A stretch of 64,000 nucleotides of DNA from Halocafeteria seosinensis (taxonomy: Eukaryota). Below, one piece after another: positions 22,828-35,331 of this stretch (position 1 is the first letter of the stretch; every line of letters begins with the position of its first letter). A model generated the notes under the pieces. That model ran no database searches and had not been told where the DNA came from. It saw only the letters and a list, made by a program, of their open reading frames with translations. The translations under genes were made by a program, and so were the position numbers. The stretch covers positions 1-64,000 of the forward strand of contig LVLI01000536.1 in the NCBI GenBank assembly GCA_001687465.1, written 5' to 3'.

Positions 22828-23404
22828 ATGACAATGAGCCTTGAAGAGGCTAATATGACGGCATTAGACGCCCTGGAGGGCTATCTACGAGCTCGAGACG
22901 CTTTCCAGAGCGCTATACAGCAGGTACCAATGGGGTCCATACATTGTTCATTCATTATGGCTCCTATGCCAATGCCCGCCTCTTGATTTGTCCAGGGTCT
23001 CATGGAGATGGAATACCTACGGTGTGAAATTGGCCATGACCGCCTGAAACCTCGTGATTGTACCGTGCATGAGAGCCCTTTATACACCTTTTCCGCCCTG
23101 TTCAAGGAATCCGGGGCGGATACGAAGGTTTCGGTCCGACCCAAACACGCAGAGGAGAAAGAGAGTCAACGGAGAGAATTAGACCGGATACCGCAGGAAA
23201 TTGACCCGACCCATGCTGAACAGCTGCGACGAATTCAAAGTTGTTTTCGACAAGGTACGGTGATGCCACCTCTCAAGGAAAGCATATGTGCACATTTGAC
23301 CTTAATTGACTCGCGCAGCTCTGTTTTTATCAAGTAAAGTAGTGGAGAAACAACGGGCTCTGGAGAACCAAAGGCAAGTGGTGGAGGAAGACAAGCAGTC
23401 CTAG
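22828..23404 (+). CDS. Vma22/CCDC115-like V-ATPase assembly factor (3 exons)
   Basis: LDALEGYLRARDAFQSAIQQ-GLMEMEYLRCEIG and C-terminal EQLRRIQSCFRQ-ALFLSSKVVEKQRALE fit the family pattern as I recall it. Introns are GT-AG. Confidence 0.55.
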
Positions 23405-23758
23405 TGGAGGGAAATACTGTACAACAGCAAATCTAGTGGAGAGTCTACGAAACTTGATTCGTACAGTTGGAAAGTCCTGTTAACCCTGTTGATGCGTAAA
23501 CCTTCGAGCGGAACCTAATGCACATTATTCGACGTCGATATACGAAAACGAGTCTATCCTGTGCAAGTGACAATTGGGAGAGCGTCATAATCTATTAACC
23601 TCATACGACTCGTGATAAGAAGCCACTTCCTAGCGCTAACAGGAGGGCGGTACGTTTCCCTGATTATATCACACGTGATGAGGCGGTATGTTGATCTTCT
23701 TGTTTCCCATTTTTTATTGGTGACGCATTCCGAATCCTCTGGCCCGCTACATGTTTCT

Positions 23759-26700
23759 TCACCGCTCACGGTTCAGCAAAAGTTCCGCCGCTTTCTTCAA
23801 AGATTTCAAAACGGAGGAATCCCTCCCTGTATTGTCATTTAAGCGTGTCAGATTATCTAGCTGCACCAACGAAGGCACTTGGCTTAGGTTAGCCATGGAT
23901 GCAAGAGCCCACAAAGCCAATTCTGGAACTTCAGACTCAATACACAAGTCCAGTGCTCTCTCGTAACTGGTAATGTCATAAAATCCCACGCCTTGTTGCT
24001 GCATAAGAGCAAATAGTAACATTGCCAATGAGGGGACATCATGCTGTACGCATTCCTTCAATATATTGTCACATGCTGGAGGGCTCAAAGGCAACTGGAA
24101 CCGCGCCACGTTCCAGAGCAAATGTGCTGTATAGTCCGGAAAAGAGTATTGCGGAGAGACGATGGGAATCGTGGCCAGCCTTGCTGTCCATGTCTCTTTC
24201 CACTGTTGTTGCAGTGATGACGAATCTAAGATTTTGTCTCCCCAGATGGAGATTGACGGTGCATCATGGAGCTTTGGGAAAAGGCGAAGGAAGGGAACTC
24301 TTCCAGTTGCCTCAACGGCCTGCTTAGTGAGCTCTTCCTGATGTCTCTTAAAGTCTTTGATGCTGTTTTGATTGGCTTGCTTAAACAGTGCCGAGCCGTC
24401 GATCTCAGGCATCTTCGATATTGTTCGCAAGTCTGATTGTTCATTTACGACCACCGCCTTCCTCGGTGGATCATTCGGTTTATGAAAGGGAATACGGTAC
24501 CTGGAGTCTCTTGTAATAAGGGAACGATAGTCCACAATATCCACATTGAACTCCTCAGCAAACTCCTTGATTTTATCGACGGGCACTGCCCATGCTTCCG
24601 AGAGCGAGACACTACCGTCTTTCTTCCCTGACAATCTAGATTTCAAAAATGAAGGAGACATACCCCCATCATGTTCCGTTGCATTTAGCACAGGGAAAAA
24701 TGGAACTGGTGGTGAAATTCGCGCGTTGAATGGCAAGTGGTACTGTGTATCAGGATTCCCACTGATGCTTTTCCACGGTTCTGAATTCCATAGCTCCCCC
24801 AGCAGTGTAGATGCATATAAACCCGCAGAGGGCTGTGCGGCACTCAGAGTTTGTATGACGTCCTGAGGAATGACAGCGCTTGGATCAATCTTTTGCCTGT
24901 TGAAGTATTGGCCGTCGCCGGTCACTACATCCCCTTTTTCCGTCGGACTAGGAAGTGCGGCCAAAACCCGAAATACAGTCCAAGGCCGTCCAATCATCAC
25001 ATTGTATTTAATAAGTTCGGTTATGGTAGACGCATCGCAGCTAGCTCCAGTCTTGCCAAACCTCTCCCATAAAAGCAATGTTGGCTCTCCTTCATCAGGA
25101 ATTTTGACGGGCTGGATCCATTGAAACGAGTTGTCGCCAACATACGTTGGTCCACTGTTGATAAGAGACTTTACCATTGCATCTAACTGGCTGCCACTAG
25201 GCGACCGTTGGCTCTGAGAAAGGATAACTCGGGTTGCTAATCCATTTTGTCCGGTCGCAAAACACATGTCCAATACCTCCTGCATCAATGATTCGCTTGA
25301 GGAGTCCCCAATGCCAATTATAGTTTCAATGATACTGGCAGTGCTTCCATGTTTCCCCGTCTTGTATGCCGCATGCATAGTCAGACGCCCCACTTCGGCT
25401 AATTGTTGGATATCGACTGTTAGGCGGTTCTCTATTTTCAGATCCCCGAGACTTGTAAAGATGGTTGACGCAGCTTCAATATTCCCCTTTTCCAATAACC
25501 CACGAAATACGTGGTCCAGATCAAAGTCAACGTTTCGTTTGGAAAGCATTCTAACCAACCGTTGTAATTGATCAGGGACAAGCGAGGCAGCTGACGCAAG
25601 AAACGAGTTGGCTAGCTCCTTCGTTACAGGTAGGCCTTCAGCAATCTGATAGAATATCATTCGTTGCATATGATCATAGTTACTCATCAACTTGCACGCA
25701 TCGGTAACTTTCTCCACAATTTCGTCACTTGCCGTGCGTTTCCTTTGCAACATGATCGAGTGTACATCTACGGCAGCTGACCACATTTCTTTTTGGGCCA
25801 GCAAGCGAATGAGATCCTCAAATACACTTGTAGATAAATGGCGTGTTACATTGTCCATATGCATGATTCTCGTCCATATTTGAATCGCTTCGTCTGCGTC
25901 CCCCTTTTGCACGAGCGCGTGGAGAAGGCTGTCAAACATTGTCATGTCCACTGTCCCATTCCCAGCTTGCAGGGACGGTGCAGGTTGACCATCGAATGCT
26001 CCCTTCAAAGCATTCATTCCTTCTTTTGCCGCGCGGTCCCACATTTCGTTGTCTGTCCAAAATTTTACAAGCAGAGCAGATGTGGATGGATCAACAGTCA
26101 CCCGTCTATCTTCTAATTTGTCACGAATCTCCACGAAACGGTCAAGGACTGAACATTTTTGAGCCAAGAATGTCAGACACTTGAGAGTTTCCGAGTTCGG
26201 CCCTACGTTATTCTCTTGCATGTCTTGGAGTGTTTTCTCAACATCTTCCCATTCCAACCTCTGTTGGGCGTCACTAAGAATTGCGTTGTAGCACTCGACG
26301 CTCGGAGGGATACCCCTTCGCTTCATGCTATCCAAGACAGGCTGCAATAACCGCTCATCAACGCCTTCTTGTGCGCTTACTGTAGCCACATGCGCATGCA
26401 CATCCTCTCCAATATCGACATGTAAGTCCTCCATGGAATACTGCAAGGTGGCCAATGCTGTCCGGTACCCCTTAAATTCGACTAAATGCATCATCATGCG
26501 GTCCAGAAAGTGCGATTCCACAGCCCCATTCGTCTGCCGCATTCGATCAAATAAGGATGGAATCGCCTCGGGTATCGTCTGTCCTTCGATTGGGGGACAA
26601 GTTCGTGCACAGCAGATCAGCGCTGCAGCATACGCCCTCGGGGAGAGCTCGTATTGCACTTTCGGAAACACCGTATCGACCACGATAGTCCCCTCCTCGA

Positions 26701-26974
26701 AGAGTCCATTGCTTGCGCAAGAGACTAGGGCCCTTTCCAGCTGTAATCGGCCAGAGGGCTTCTGTATAGAGCGTCCTAAAACCTTTTCGACCGTCTGCAG
26801 TTGGTGCATCCACGGGGGATTATGGGTCGATTGAGGCGATTTTGACGGCCCATTTTTCGAGTACCGTTGGGGTTTCTGTTGCCCATGGGACGCCGACGCG
26901 TGCAGACGTCGGGATCGAGGGATATCCTGGAACAGAGGCTTGTATAGCCTCCGTTTAGGGAGCCAACGAAGCAT
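23759..26974 (-). CDS. Pentatricopeptide-repeat (PPR) protein, probably mitochondrial
   Basis: 1071-aa ORF with an Arg-rich presequence and PPR units such as MKRRGIPPSVECYNAILS and MQENNVGPNSETL. The 3' end may be spliced further towards ~23430. Confidence 0.85.
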   Translation of the reverse strand: MLRWLPKRRLYKPLFQDIPRSRRLHASASHGQQKPQRYSKNGPSKSPQSTHNPPWMHQLQTVEKVLGRSIQKPSGRLQLERALVSCASNGLFEEGTIVVDTVFPKVQYELSPRAYAAALICCARTCPPIEGQTIPEAIPSLFDRMRQTNGAVESHFLDRMMMHLVEFKGYRTALATLQYSMEDLHVDIGEDVHAHVATVSAQEGVDERLLQPVLDSMKRRGIPPSVECYNAILSDAQQRLEWEDVEKTLQDMQENNVGPNSETLKCLTFLAQKCSVLDRFVEIRDKLEDRRVTVDPSTSALLVKFWTDNEMWDRAAKEGMNALKGAFDGQPAPSLQAGNGTVDMTMFDSLLHALVQKGDADEAIQIWTRIMHMDNVTRHLSTSVFEDLIRLLAQKEMWSAAVDVHSIMLQRKRTASDEIVEKVTDACKLMSNYDHMQRMIFYQIAEGLPVTKELANSFLASAASLVPDQLQRLVRMLSKRNVDFDLDHVFRGLLEKGNIEAASTIFTSLGDLKIENRLTVDIQQLAEVGRLTMHAAYKTGKHGSTASIIETIIGIGDSSSESLMQEVLDMCFATGQNGLATRVILSQSQRSPSGSQLDAMVKSLINSGPTYVGDNSFQWIQPVKIPDEGEPTLLLWERFGKTGASCDASTITELIKYNVMIGRPWTVFRVLAALPSPTEKGDVVTGDGQYFNRQKIDPSAVIPQDVIQTLSAAQPSAGLYASTLLGELWNSEPWKSISGNPDTQYHLPFNARISPPVPFFPVLNATEHDGGMSPSFLKSRLSGKKDGSVSLSEAWAVPVDKIKEFAEEFNVDIVDYRSLITRDSRYRIPFHKPNDPPRKAVVVNEQSDLRTISKMPEIDGSALFKQANQNSIKDFKRHQEELTKQAVEATGRVPFLRLFPKLHDAPSISIWGDKILDSSSLQQQWKETWTARLATIPIVSPQYSFPDYTAHLLWNVARFQLPLSPPACDNILKECVQHDVPSLAMLLFALMQQQGVGFYDITSYERALDLCIESEVPELALWALASMANLSQVPSLVQLDNLTRLNDNTGRDSSVLKSLKKAAELLLNRER

Positions 26975-28584
26975 TCCTCTGGCAACTTCACAAACTTATT
27001 CTTCTGTCACACAACTCCATTCAAATGATTCCCTCTACATACATACCTGTACATGTAACGTGAGTCAGTGACCCACCCCACCACCACGTGGAATTTGATG
27101 TTGTGTTAAACTTCGAAAGAGACCAGAATAAAAACTACTACACTACTACTGTATTTGTTTGTGCAGCAGACTGACGGGTCTAAAAAAAACTCAATGGAGC
27201 TGCATGATCATGTTGTACAACAGTTGTACAACATGCACCACTTAAAGTGTGGTGTTTACCATGAGTGTCTTCTCCGTATACATGTACACTACTTCCTTAG
27301 TTTTGTTACAACTTTTGTAGTGAGCCCCTCCATTTGTTGATGCACTCATTGTATCAGCAAATGAATCTGTTTTCGTGGGCGTACATCTGATTCTGGCTTT
27401 TTGCGCGACTGGATAGTTGCATTTTTCGATGATTGGTTGCCGCTGGATATAGATAGGAAGACATACATAATTTTCGCATGCAACATGGGGGGCAGCCGAA
27501 GTCGGATGCGCTGGAGCCAATCCCTGAGAAGGTCGGAGGTTCGCCACCGGACGGCCCAGACAATTCTTGCGTCCCCACAGCAAATAAAGCAGATTGATTA
27601 AGTAATAGTGGATGCAGCTCTTTTTTTTTTTGTTTGTTTTTTTGTTTTTTTTGCCCTTTGAATCAAGGCTTTGAATAGTTTCCCCCGCTTGTAAACGTCT
27701 TCTACCAGACGTTTAGCTGGCCACAATTTTACCCGCTTCCGAAAGCGCAAATGTACCGGGTGCGGGCACACATGCTACACATTGGACAAGGTTCATACTA
27801 TTACATGGAGCTGAATCAGTTCCGACGCCTCCCCCCAAAGCGCAGCAGACGCCCAACAAGTGCAACACGCAACACTGGAAATTGTGCCGCTTATGAGCTT
27901 TGTACTTACCTTCTTGGTACAGTTTAGTACTGAACGCAAACCTGGGGTCATTCACTATAGATGAAGGTGGCTATGTGCACGGACCGGTCCGCTGGGAGCC
28001 CCGTCCGGGTTTGACTTTGTGACTGAGGTTGATTAACTTTTAAAAGTTGCTGGAGTTGCTCAAACGTTAAGTTTATATTTTGATTAGACGATTGATTGGA
28101 AGGATGCCACGGAAGTTGCGCGTCCCCACAGCTATCTCAAGAAACCGAAAAGACAATTTCAATCGCAGCTCCTTAATTCCTTATCATTTTTTATTTGCTA
28201 CCTCGTCCTCCTTCTTCTACTTCCAGATACGCCAGTTAAGCAACAGAGTGTGATTTTTTCCAGTGGCGGTTTCATATAGTAATGCCACGGAGATCTTTAC
28301 GAAGTGCCATCAGTGTCATGGTTGTATATTACCAGAAGTATTCTACTGTACATGGTTTCGATAGACCATGAGGGCCCACTTGCCTTTCACAAGCCATAAG
28401 TTGCCGAAAGTTTATCGTGCCGGCGCCACTTCAGGAATTTGTTGACCCGTCTCCATCAGGTGTATCAAGATGTACGCATTTACGTCCGCTTCATTTTCTC
28501 CGGCGCAGTGCCAATCAAGGTCAGAGGATATCGCGTCGAAGATTTCCAAAGCAGCAGAGAGGCTCGTGCCCGCTGCTCAACAGT

Positions 28585-31500
28585 CTACATGTTCATCTGT
28601 CGCCGGTATTCTTCAGATGCCTGTTTGAGTACATCCGAATAAAATGGTGCATATGTCGATTCCCAAAAGAACGAGTCTTCGTCAGACACTTGGGGATCTA
28701 CTTGATATCCTGCGGATTCGTCATTATCAAGTTGTTTGGAAATTTCAGCGGGAACGTTGATGTGCTTACCTAGTTTTGGTACTCTTCCGGCTTCCAAGTA
28801 TTGAATTGTCAGTCCGTCAATAGTGAATAGCCGGCAGTCCGCAGTTTTGTCGGTGACGCTAATCTGGAATGCCGGAAAATATGCTACGTCTTCAGCACGC
28901 CTTACATAGGGGGTATCCAGGATCTGGTGGTAATACTGGACTTCGCAATATATCTCGTGCTGGTCCGACGGACGGTTGCTGGAAACAGGAAACAAAACGG
29001 AGGTGATCATCAGTGCCACTGGTTTCCATAATACTCGCAGGCACGTACATAGTCATTTCCAGAAGTGTGCCTTTCGGAAGCTGGTCGAGCATGCGATACG
29101 CTGGAGCCAAAGCATTTGTTTTCGCTCTTTCAATCCAACCACGAACCATGCTCTGAATTCTAACCACTAATGCTTCATAATGCTTCCGCTGCGGAACGAA
29201 ACCGATTCATGAAGAAAGAATATGGAAAATGGGTAGGGTATACCACCTTACTTTGTTCTCCATATAGGTGTTGTTAAAGCGCACAATTGCGTTTTGCATA
29301 AGCTCGTTGAAGGAACGAATACCATAGTGCATAGCCTCAGCGTGGCTAATAGAACTTTCCGTCAACTGTCCCGTTTCTGGGTCTACACTTTCGACATGGA
29401 ACAGAGATCGCAATATGTACAAGCACTTTCTGCGTCTGGATTCTTCGTCGCGACGACGATGGTCAAGGCATATTCTAGTCGGAACATTGTAGTGTTCATC
29501 TCCAGCTACATCATCCCATGTGACCTGAAGAACCTGGTTTTCAGCTCTGACACGCTCGGTAACGCACCTACCCTTGCTTAAGGAATCTCCTACATTCACC
29601 TCTCTTGAATAAATTTCTCCGTCTGGAAGGGACTTCAGTTCTGTTCGAAGCTCATCGCAAGTGAAGTATTCCGGCCAGCCTTGTTGACGCTTTTCCTTGA
29701 ACAATCGTTGCAACAGAATGACTCCATTCTTTGTTTCCTCCCATTTCCGGATACGCAGTTTAACGAATGCGCAGCGAAAAAATCGTTTCAATTTGGCGAC
29801 GCATTCTCGCTGGTGCTCAAATTGGGCAGCCCCCTTGCTTTTGAGCTTCCCCACAGCAGTCCCAAGTCGATGTGACGGCGAAGTGGTCGACTTGTGCCTA
29901 CTCACACCTGTTTCAGCTTCGGGTGAATATGAATAGCTCTTTGTGGAAGTTGGCCTTTCAAAGTCTTCGTAGAACAATTTGTATCGCAATTCTTCTGCTG
30001 CTTTGGGGTCAATGTAGTTTACGGTGTCTTCTAGCGGCTCGTGACGTTCAGTATCAGGAAACAAGCTACTGATTACATCAGGGAAATAGTCGCCGTACTC
30101 ATCATAGTTAGTAGATGCCGTGGACGCTAAATCTTCCGGCTTCTTTGCAGTGAGCCGCGCAAACTTATTCTCTAACAATACGTTTTTCCTTCGCTTCTTC
30201 CACTTTATTTCCTTTTGAGCGCTTTCATCAAAATACGGTGACTGTGATGTATACTGGGTGCGCCGAGATTGCCACGATCGCTGAGCTGAGAGGGGAAGAT
30301 GTTTGCTAACAATACTCGATTGTTTCCTTTCGGCATAAGACGATTCTTCCGAGGCCAGCGGTTTCAGGTAGCCTTTTTTCGAATGAGCTGTTCCCAGCTC
30401 CAGGAAAGACTGACTTCTTGAGTGTTGGAGTGAACATTGTAAACCGGTCGTAGTATCTCTGCCTCTCGTTCCGTTTTCATTCGGTGGGTTGCGAGGAGAG
30501 ACGGGAGGAAGTGTCGTGCTCGCGAAAAGGGCAACAGCGCAGTTTGAATGAGATTGAATGAATGAGTGAGGGTTAGTTATCGTCCTGAAACTGTCGATTG
30601 TCATATCCCTTTCCTCGCGTTGCCATGTCAGTATAAGAGGAGTCACCCGCGAAACTTTTGGGTGGTGGTACCATCCGACCGCTACTTGACTGATCGTTGA
30701 TTCCCCTGTAATTCTCCCATTGTTCGCAGTAGCTTTGTCATTTGCCTGCCGTATCGGTTCCAGGAAATGCTTGGCGCCAGGGGTAGCCGCTAGAGGAGAC
30801 ACGCTAGGTGACGCTGCTTCCATATACAATGATGAGGTCTGCGCAGATATATCCGCATGCCTCTTGTATCTATCTTTCTTCCCTGATGGAGATCCTTGTT
30901 CGCCATTCTGGCTTTTTTCTTTTTGAAGGGTAGAGCTCGATTTGCTTTTGATCGGAGAGTAGTACCCATTATTCTGTGGAGTCGCCCGGGAGGTATCCAC
31001 GAATGGCGACGAATATGGTGTGGAAGCAGCTGCAGCCACACTTCGCGCTTCTTCCATGAAATTTCTGACGTAACGCTCCAATTTCATGAAGCTTCGCGGC
31101 ACATTATATTCTTTCGACCAAGAGTTTATCAACTTTAGGCATATCTTCCCCGAAAACCGGCTAATCTCGGGAGTCCCAGTTTCGACACACATATTGCAAA
31201 TGTTTGTTAGTGTGACGGCTAGCGAGTACATCATCGCTGTCTTTTGGTTTTTAATCGTGTTCAGCTCTTGTACAGTAGGTTTTTCAAATTGCCCCGATTT
31301 CCACTTCGTTTCGCCAGCAATTTCGGATCTTAAACCCACACCCTTCTTTTGGGGAGCTTTAGAGAAGGCATGCAAGGTGTGGCGTAGAGACAAACAGAAC
31401 ATCTCAAGTGTCAGTGTCTGGATGAATTCGTACGTTTCCCGTTCGAGTTCCACATCGTTTAGGTAATGATGAAATAGACATGTGGCCACATCGGAGAATA

Positions 31501-32231
31501 AAAATGATTGGTGGTGCACAAAGAAGAATCTCTGGTGCTGTACTTGAGCGTCGACGAGATGAGCTATTGTTGCGTCACTGGGAACGTAGAACCAGTATCG
31601 CAGGTTTTGAGGTCCTTCACTCTTCTTAAAATCCATGTCCTCAATCGCTCTAAGCAACTCGACAATCTCCTTCATTACTTTATACATTCGCATCGAACCT
31701 TCTTCCTCTTTGGATTCGCCTTCGCCATATTCTTGCAATATCCTTTCTTTAACGAGAGACTCTTGATACTCCCATACCCCGAATTCATTATTGAGTCCTT
31801 GGCAAGCCTCATTGATAGTTCCTAATTCAGGCATCTTCTGCTGCTGGAACCTTTTACTCTTCTTCTGTAACTGCCCTAGCATAAATCGCTTCTCCTCTTC
31901 TAGCCCTCGTAGTAGACATTGCCGAAGTTTATAGGCTTCCCCAGCTCTGTCGTAAACACTGGCGGCCGCATGGTAAACGAAGGGAACGACGGAAGCTTGC
32001 GAGCTGACTTGAGCTTGTCGCACAGCGTGTTCGATGACATCATCTCGCTGGCTTGTATCTGCGTTGAATCAAGGAAAACATACACCAAAGTTTAATAAGT
32101 TCGTGAGAATAACCTCGTCCTAATTCGGGCAGAAGCGGAAACCAGGGGTTAAACTTACTTCCAGCATCAGAAATGGACGCTCGGAGGAGATAATCGATCG
32201 CTTCCGAGGCGGCAATGCTGTGACTGCCCAT
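28585..32231 (-). CDS. Large IQ-motif-containing protein of unknown function (about 4 exons)
   Basis: Exon 1 starts at ATG 32231 with a GTAAGT donor, followed by the 938-aa ORF. It splices into RKHYEALVVRIQSMVRGW (IQ motif) and a final exon ending RRQMNM*. Confidence 0.7.
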
Positions 32232-32882
32232 GTTAAAGCCACGTCTGCTCTGGTTAATCGCCCTTCACGTCGCGCATGCGCGCAACAGAGCACCTGCACT
32301 GTTTGTCCGAAAGTTCGTTGTCTTCGCAGAAGCGCACCCTTAGTCCCTATACATGATTCGACTGTACACTTGCAGTGAAAGCTTCTCCTCCGCCGCTAAA
32401 GGGCACACAAGACACTGTGCACTGGAATTCACCTTTTTTAAGGAGCGTTTACTGTCTACCCGAACCCGAGTTCCTGGCGGTAGATCCGTTGAGCGCGCCG
32501 CCTTTTACACGTTTGTTTCCTCTCCAGAATTGCCACACTATGGAGCCCGAACCAGCGTCGTTGATAGTGGGTGACTTAACGACCACAGTTGAAGCGAAAC
32601 AATGTATGAATAACCCTCCTGTCTACGGGAAAACATGTTCTCCCGTTGGGTCGCATACGTGCACGAATCGCAGTCTGCGATCCCATCCCATGTCGCAACC
32701 GATTTTTTTTGAAAAAGGCGACGATAAGATTGTCCGGTCCAACATATCTTGAACCTTTTTCTTGGTGCGAAAACTGACTGTTTTTATCGGGTTTATTAAA
32801 AGGGTTCCATGTGTCCCCACGCCACAATGGGCACATTCTAGGATACTTTAGACACCGAACTAGGTGACAAGCAACCATTGGG

Positions 32883-35186
32883 ATGGATAGGGAACCGCAA
32901 AGCCACACAGAAAGGGGCTCAAAGGAGACCGCCTCTGGCGCCTCCGGCCGGAAAAATGGCTCCTCCAGAAATGGCTCCATACAGAATGAACCCATGATTA
33001 TTTGTGGTCTAACTTTGTGTGATCGACGCCTCCATTTCCCGGCTACAATGAAAGGGTTGGCTCTACTGGCGGTCTTCATCTGCGCTGGAGTTATCTTGAT
33101 CAACATGGCCCGAACTGCCTCCTCAGGGAGCCTTCATGAGATGATTAGTCAACATGATACCATGATGCGTGTTGTGGGTCGCCAGCACACTCCAGAGCAT
33201 CCTCCAGTGAAACCAGTTGAACAACCTCCCGAACACAGGAGCACCATGACGGCAGATGAGAAGAGAAGAAAGGACCTCGAAGAGCACCGGAAACGCCTTC
33301 AGGAGCTCGAGAAACAGAAGAAGGAGCAGCAAGCTCCCCAACAAGCCCAAACGCAGACGTCGGATCAAGGAGATAAGGGTAAGAAAGTTGACCAACAGCA
33401 GCAACAACAGCAGAAGCCGGAATCGAAACCGTCAGAGCAACAACAGCAGTCTCAGGATCAGTCACGATCTGCAGGCTCGAATGAACATATGTCTCCCGAA
33501 GAGCTCACGTTCTCGCTGAATCAGGTAGGCGCCGGAAGAGCTGCTCTGCTAAACTATCCAAAGACATCGCAACGCATGGCGAACGCTCGAAAGCATTTTG
33601 AGCTACATGGGGATGTGACGCCTGGAAGGGACCCGAAAACTCCCCTGAAACGAAAGTCTGTGGGCGAAGACAAGGCAGGCTTCTTGGGGAAACAGGAGGA
33701 CCCTATGGAAGATGACAGTAGGGCTAGAAACTACAGACCTAGACAACTGGATCCAACGAGTGAGAATTACCAGAAACAATGCCAGGACCTCCATCCTCAA
33801 GGGCGTCACGCAATTGTAACTATGGCTAGTGGAGATTCAAGCGCTCGTATGGCGACTGGCCTACTGCAAAGTCTCTTTGACGTCAACACATGCTCTACAA
33901 TTGACGTGATAGTGTTGGTTAGTGGGGGCGGACTTGGATCGGATGATTGCAAGAAAGGGAGGATTCCTGAGCTGAAAGGGACTTGCCGCTCTAAAACACC
34001 GAAAGATCTTCGCAGTGCTGTGTCAGAAGTTTATCTTGAGTCGTGGAAAGACTTAGGGGTTAAACCTCGCGGAGTGAGACCGATTGGTACGGATTCAAGT
34101 AAGTTCCACAGTGTCAATGGTGTTGCGACCTTATTGGAAATCATTCTCAATACTCCTACCGCTCTGTCGGCGCAGCTAAGATCAAGATTCCCGGAGGACG
34201 GCAACATTTCTGGGGAATGGCTTTCAATAAGTTAAATGTGTTTAATATGACTGAATATTCTAAGGTATGGAGAGGGTGACGCCTGTCGAAGCAGACAACT
34301 GACACTAACCCCTGTTGCTCATGTGGTGCCTCCCAAGCAGATCTTGTGGCTGGACTCTGATGTACTCGTGCTCAAGAATTTGGACCACTTACTTTTCTAT
34401 CCTGAGTTGACGGCTGCGTTCACTAATGACTGCTGCAATAGAAATGCACCTCTCAAGGCCTCTGGTGGGTTTTGGGTCATTGAGCCTAACCGCAAGCGGA
34501 TGGACCAGATTATCGCAATGATCTATAGAGAATCTCCTCTTGTCGAAGCCGGTTTGGAACCAAACACTTGGCATTTCGGCGACATGTCCATGATGCTTGC
34601 TCTCTACACGAATGCCCACAAGCGTTCACGTTTGCTCTATCCAATGTCGGTAGACCCGCGGCAAGAACCGCTAGATACGTATAACGCATATCCGTCGGAG
34701 CAAGAGCCCATGAAGTCACTTCATGAGATTTATCAGAAGAAGTTTACAGTGGAACAGAAGGATAAACATCTACTTGCGGGATTGTTTGATGACGAGGTTG
34801 TTCCATTGAATGTTTCTCGGCCTGAATCTCTGCGGTTTGTAACCTCTGAGCGGGATATGAATTGGGGTGATCCCGTTGCCAAAGAAGTAGGTGCTCCAGT
34901 TGGTCGCGTATGGCATATGCTTAATGCCCAGTACGATTGGTTGCCGGGTGAATGCCATTGCATACCTGATCGAAATCGCGGTCCTGATTGGTTTTACTCG
35001 GTCCATCTTTCCTGTATTCCCATGCCCTGGCATAAGCCTGGAGCTTATGAAAAAAGATCGCAACTAATGAACCAAATGAGAGAGAAAGTTGCACCATGCC
35101 TTAGTGACTACTTTGTTCTCTGGTTAGATGCGTTTAAGAGGGCGCTAGGTAAACGTTACTTGCGGGACCCTTGGTCGAATTCGTAA
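32883..35186 (+). CDS. Glycosyltransferase family 8 (glycogenin-like) type II membrane protein (3 exons)
   Basis: Transmembrane helix LALLAVFICAGVILI, a Q/E/K-rich stem and HAIVTMASG. Spliced FNKLNVFNMTEYSK-ILWLDSDVLVLKNLDHL contains the DxD motif. Also GFWVIEP, GDM and H..C...KP. Confidence 0.85.
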
Positions 35187-35331
35187 GTCTTCCGCGGATA
35201 AATGCGCATGCGACATGAGTATACAAGAACGAGATGGATGTTGTTAAAGCAACAGGACCTAGACGTCCTTTCGAACGTTAATATTGGAGAGGATACTTGC
35301 GGAATGCATGGTGGGGTCACATTTATTGCGT

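Noticed and set aside
27901..27915. TACTTACCT resembling the 5' end of U1 snRNA
   Set aside because: The downstream sequence lacks U1 stem-loops and an Sm site. It is simply the reverse complement of a splice-donor-like sequence.
32059..32083. Apparent 25-nt micro-intron in the IQ-protein gene
   Set aside because: A consensus GTAAGT donor ~75 nt further upstream gives the same frame and a normal-sized intron.
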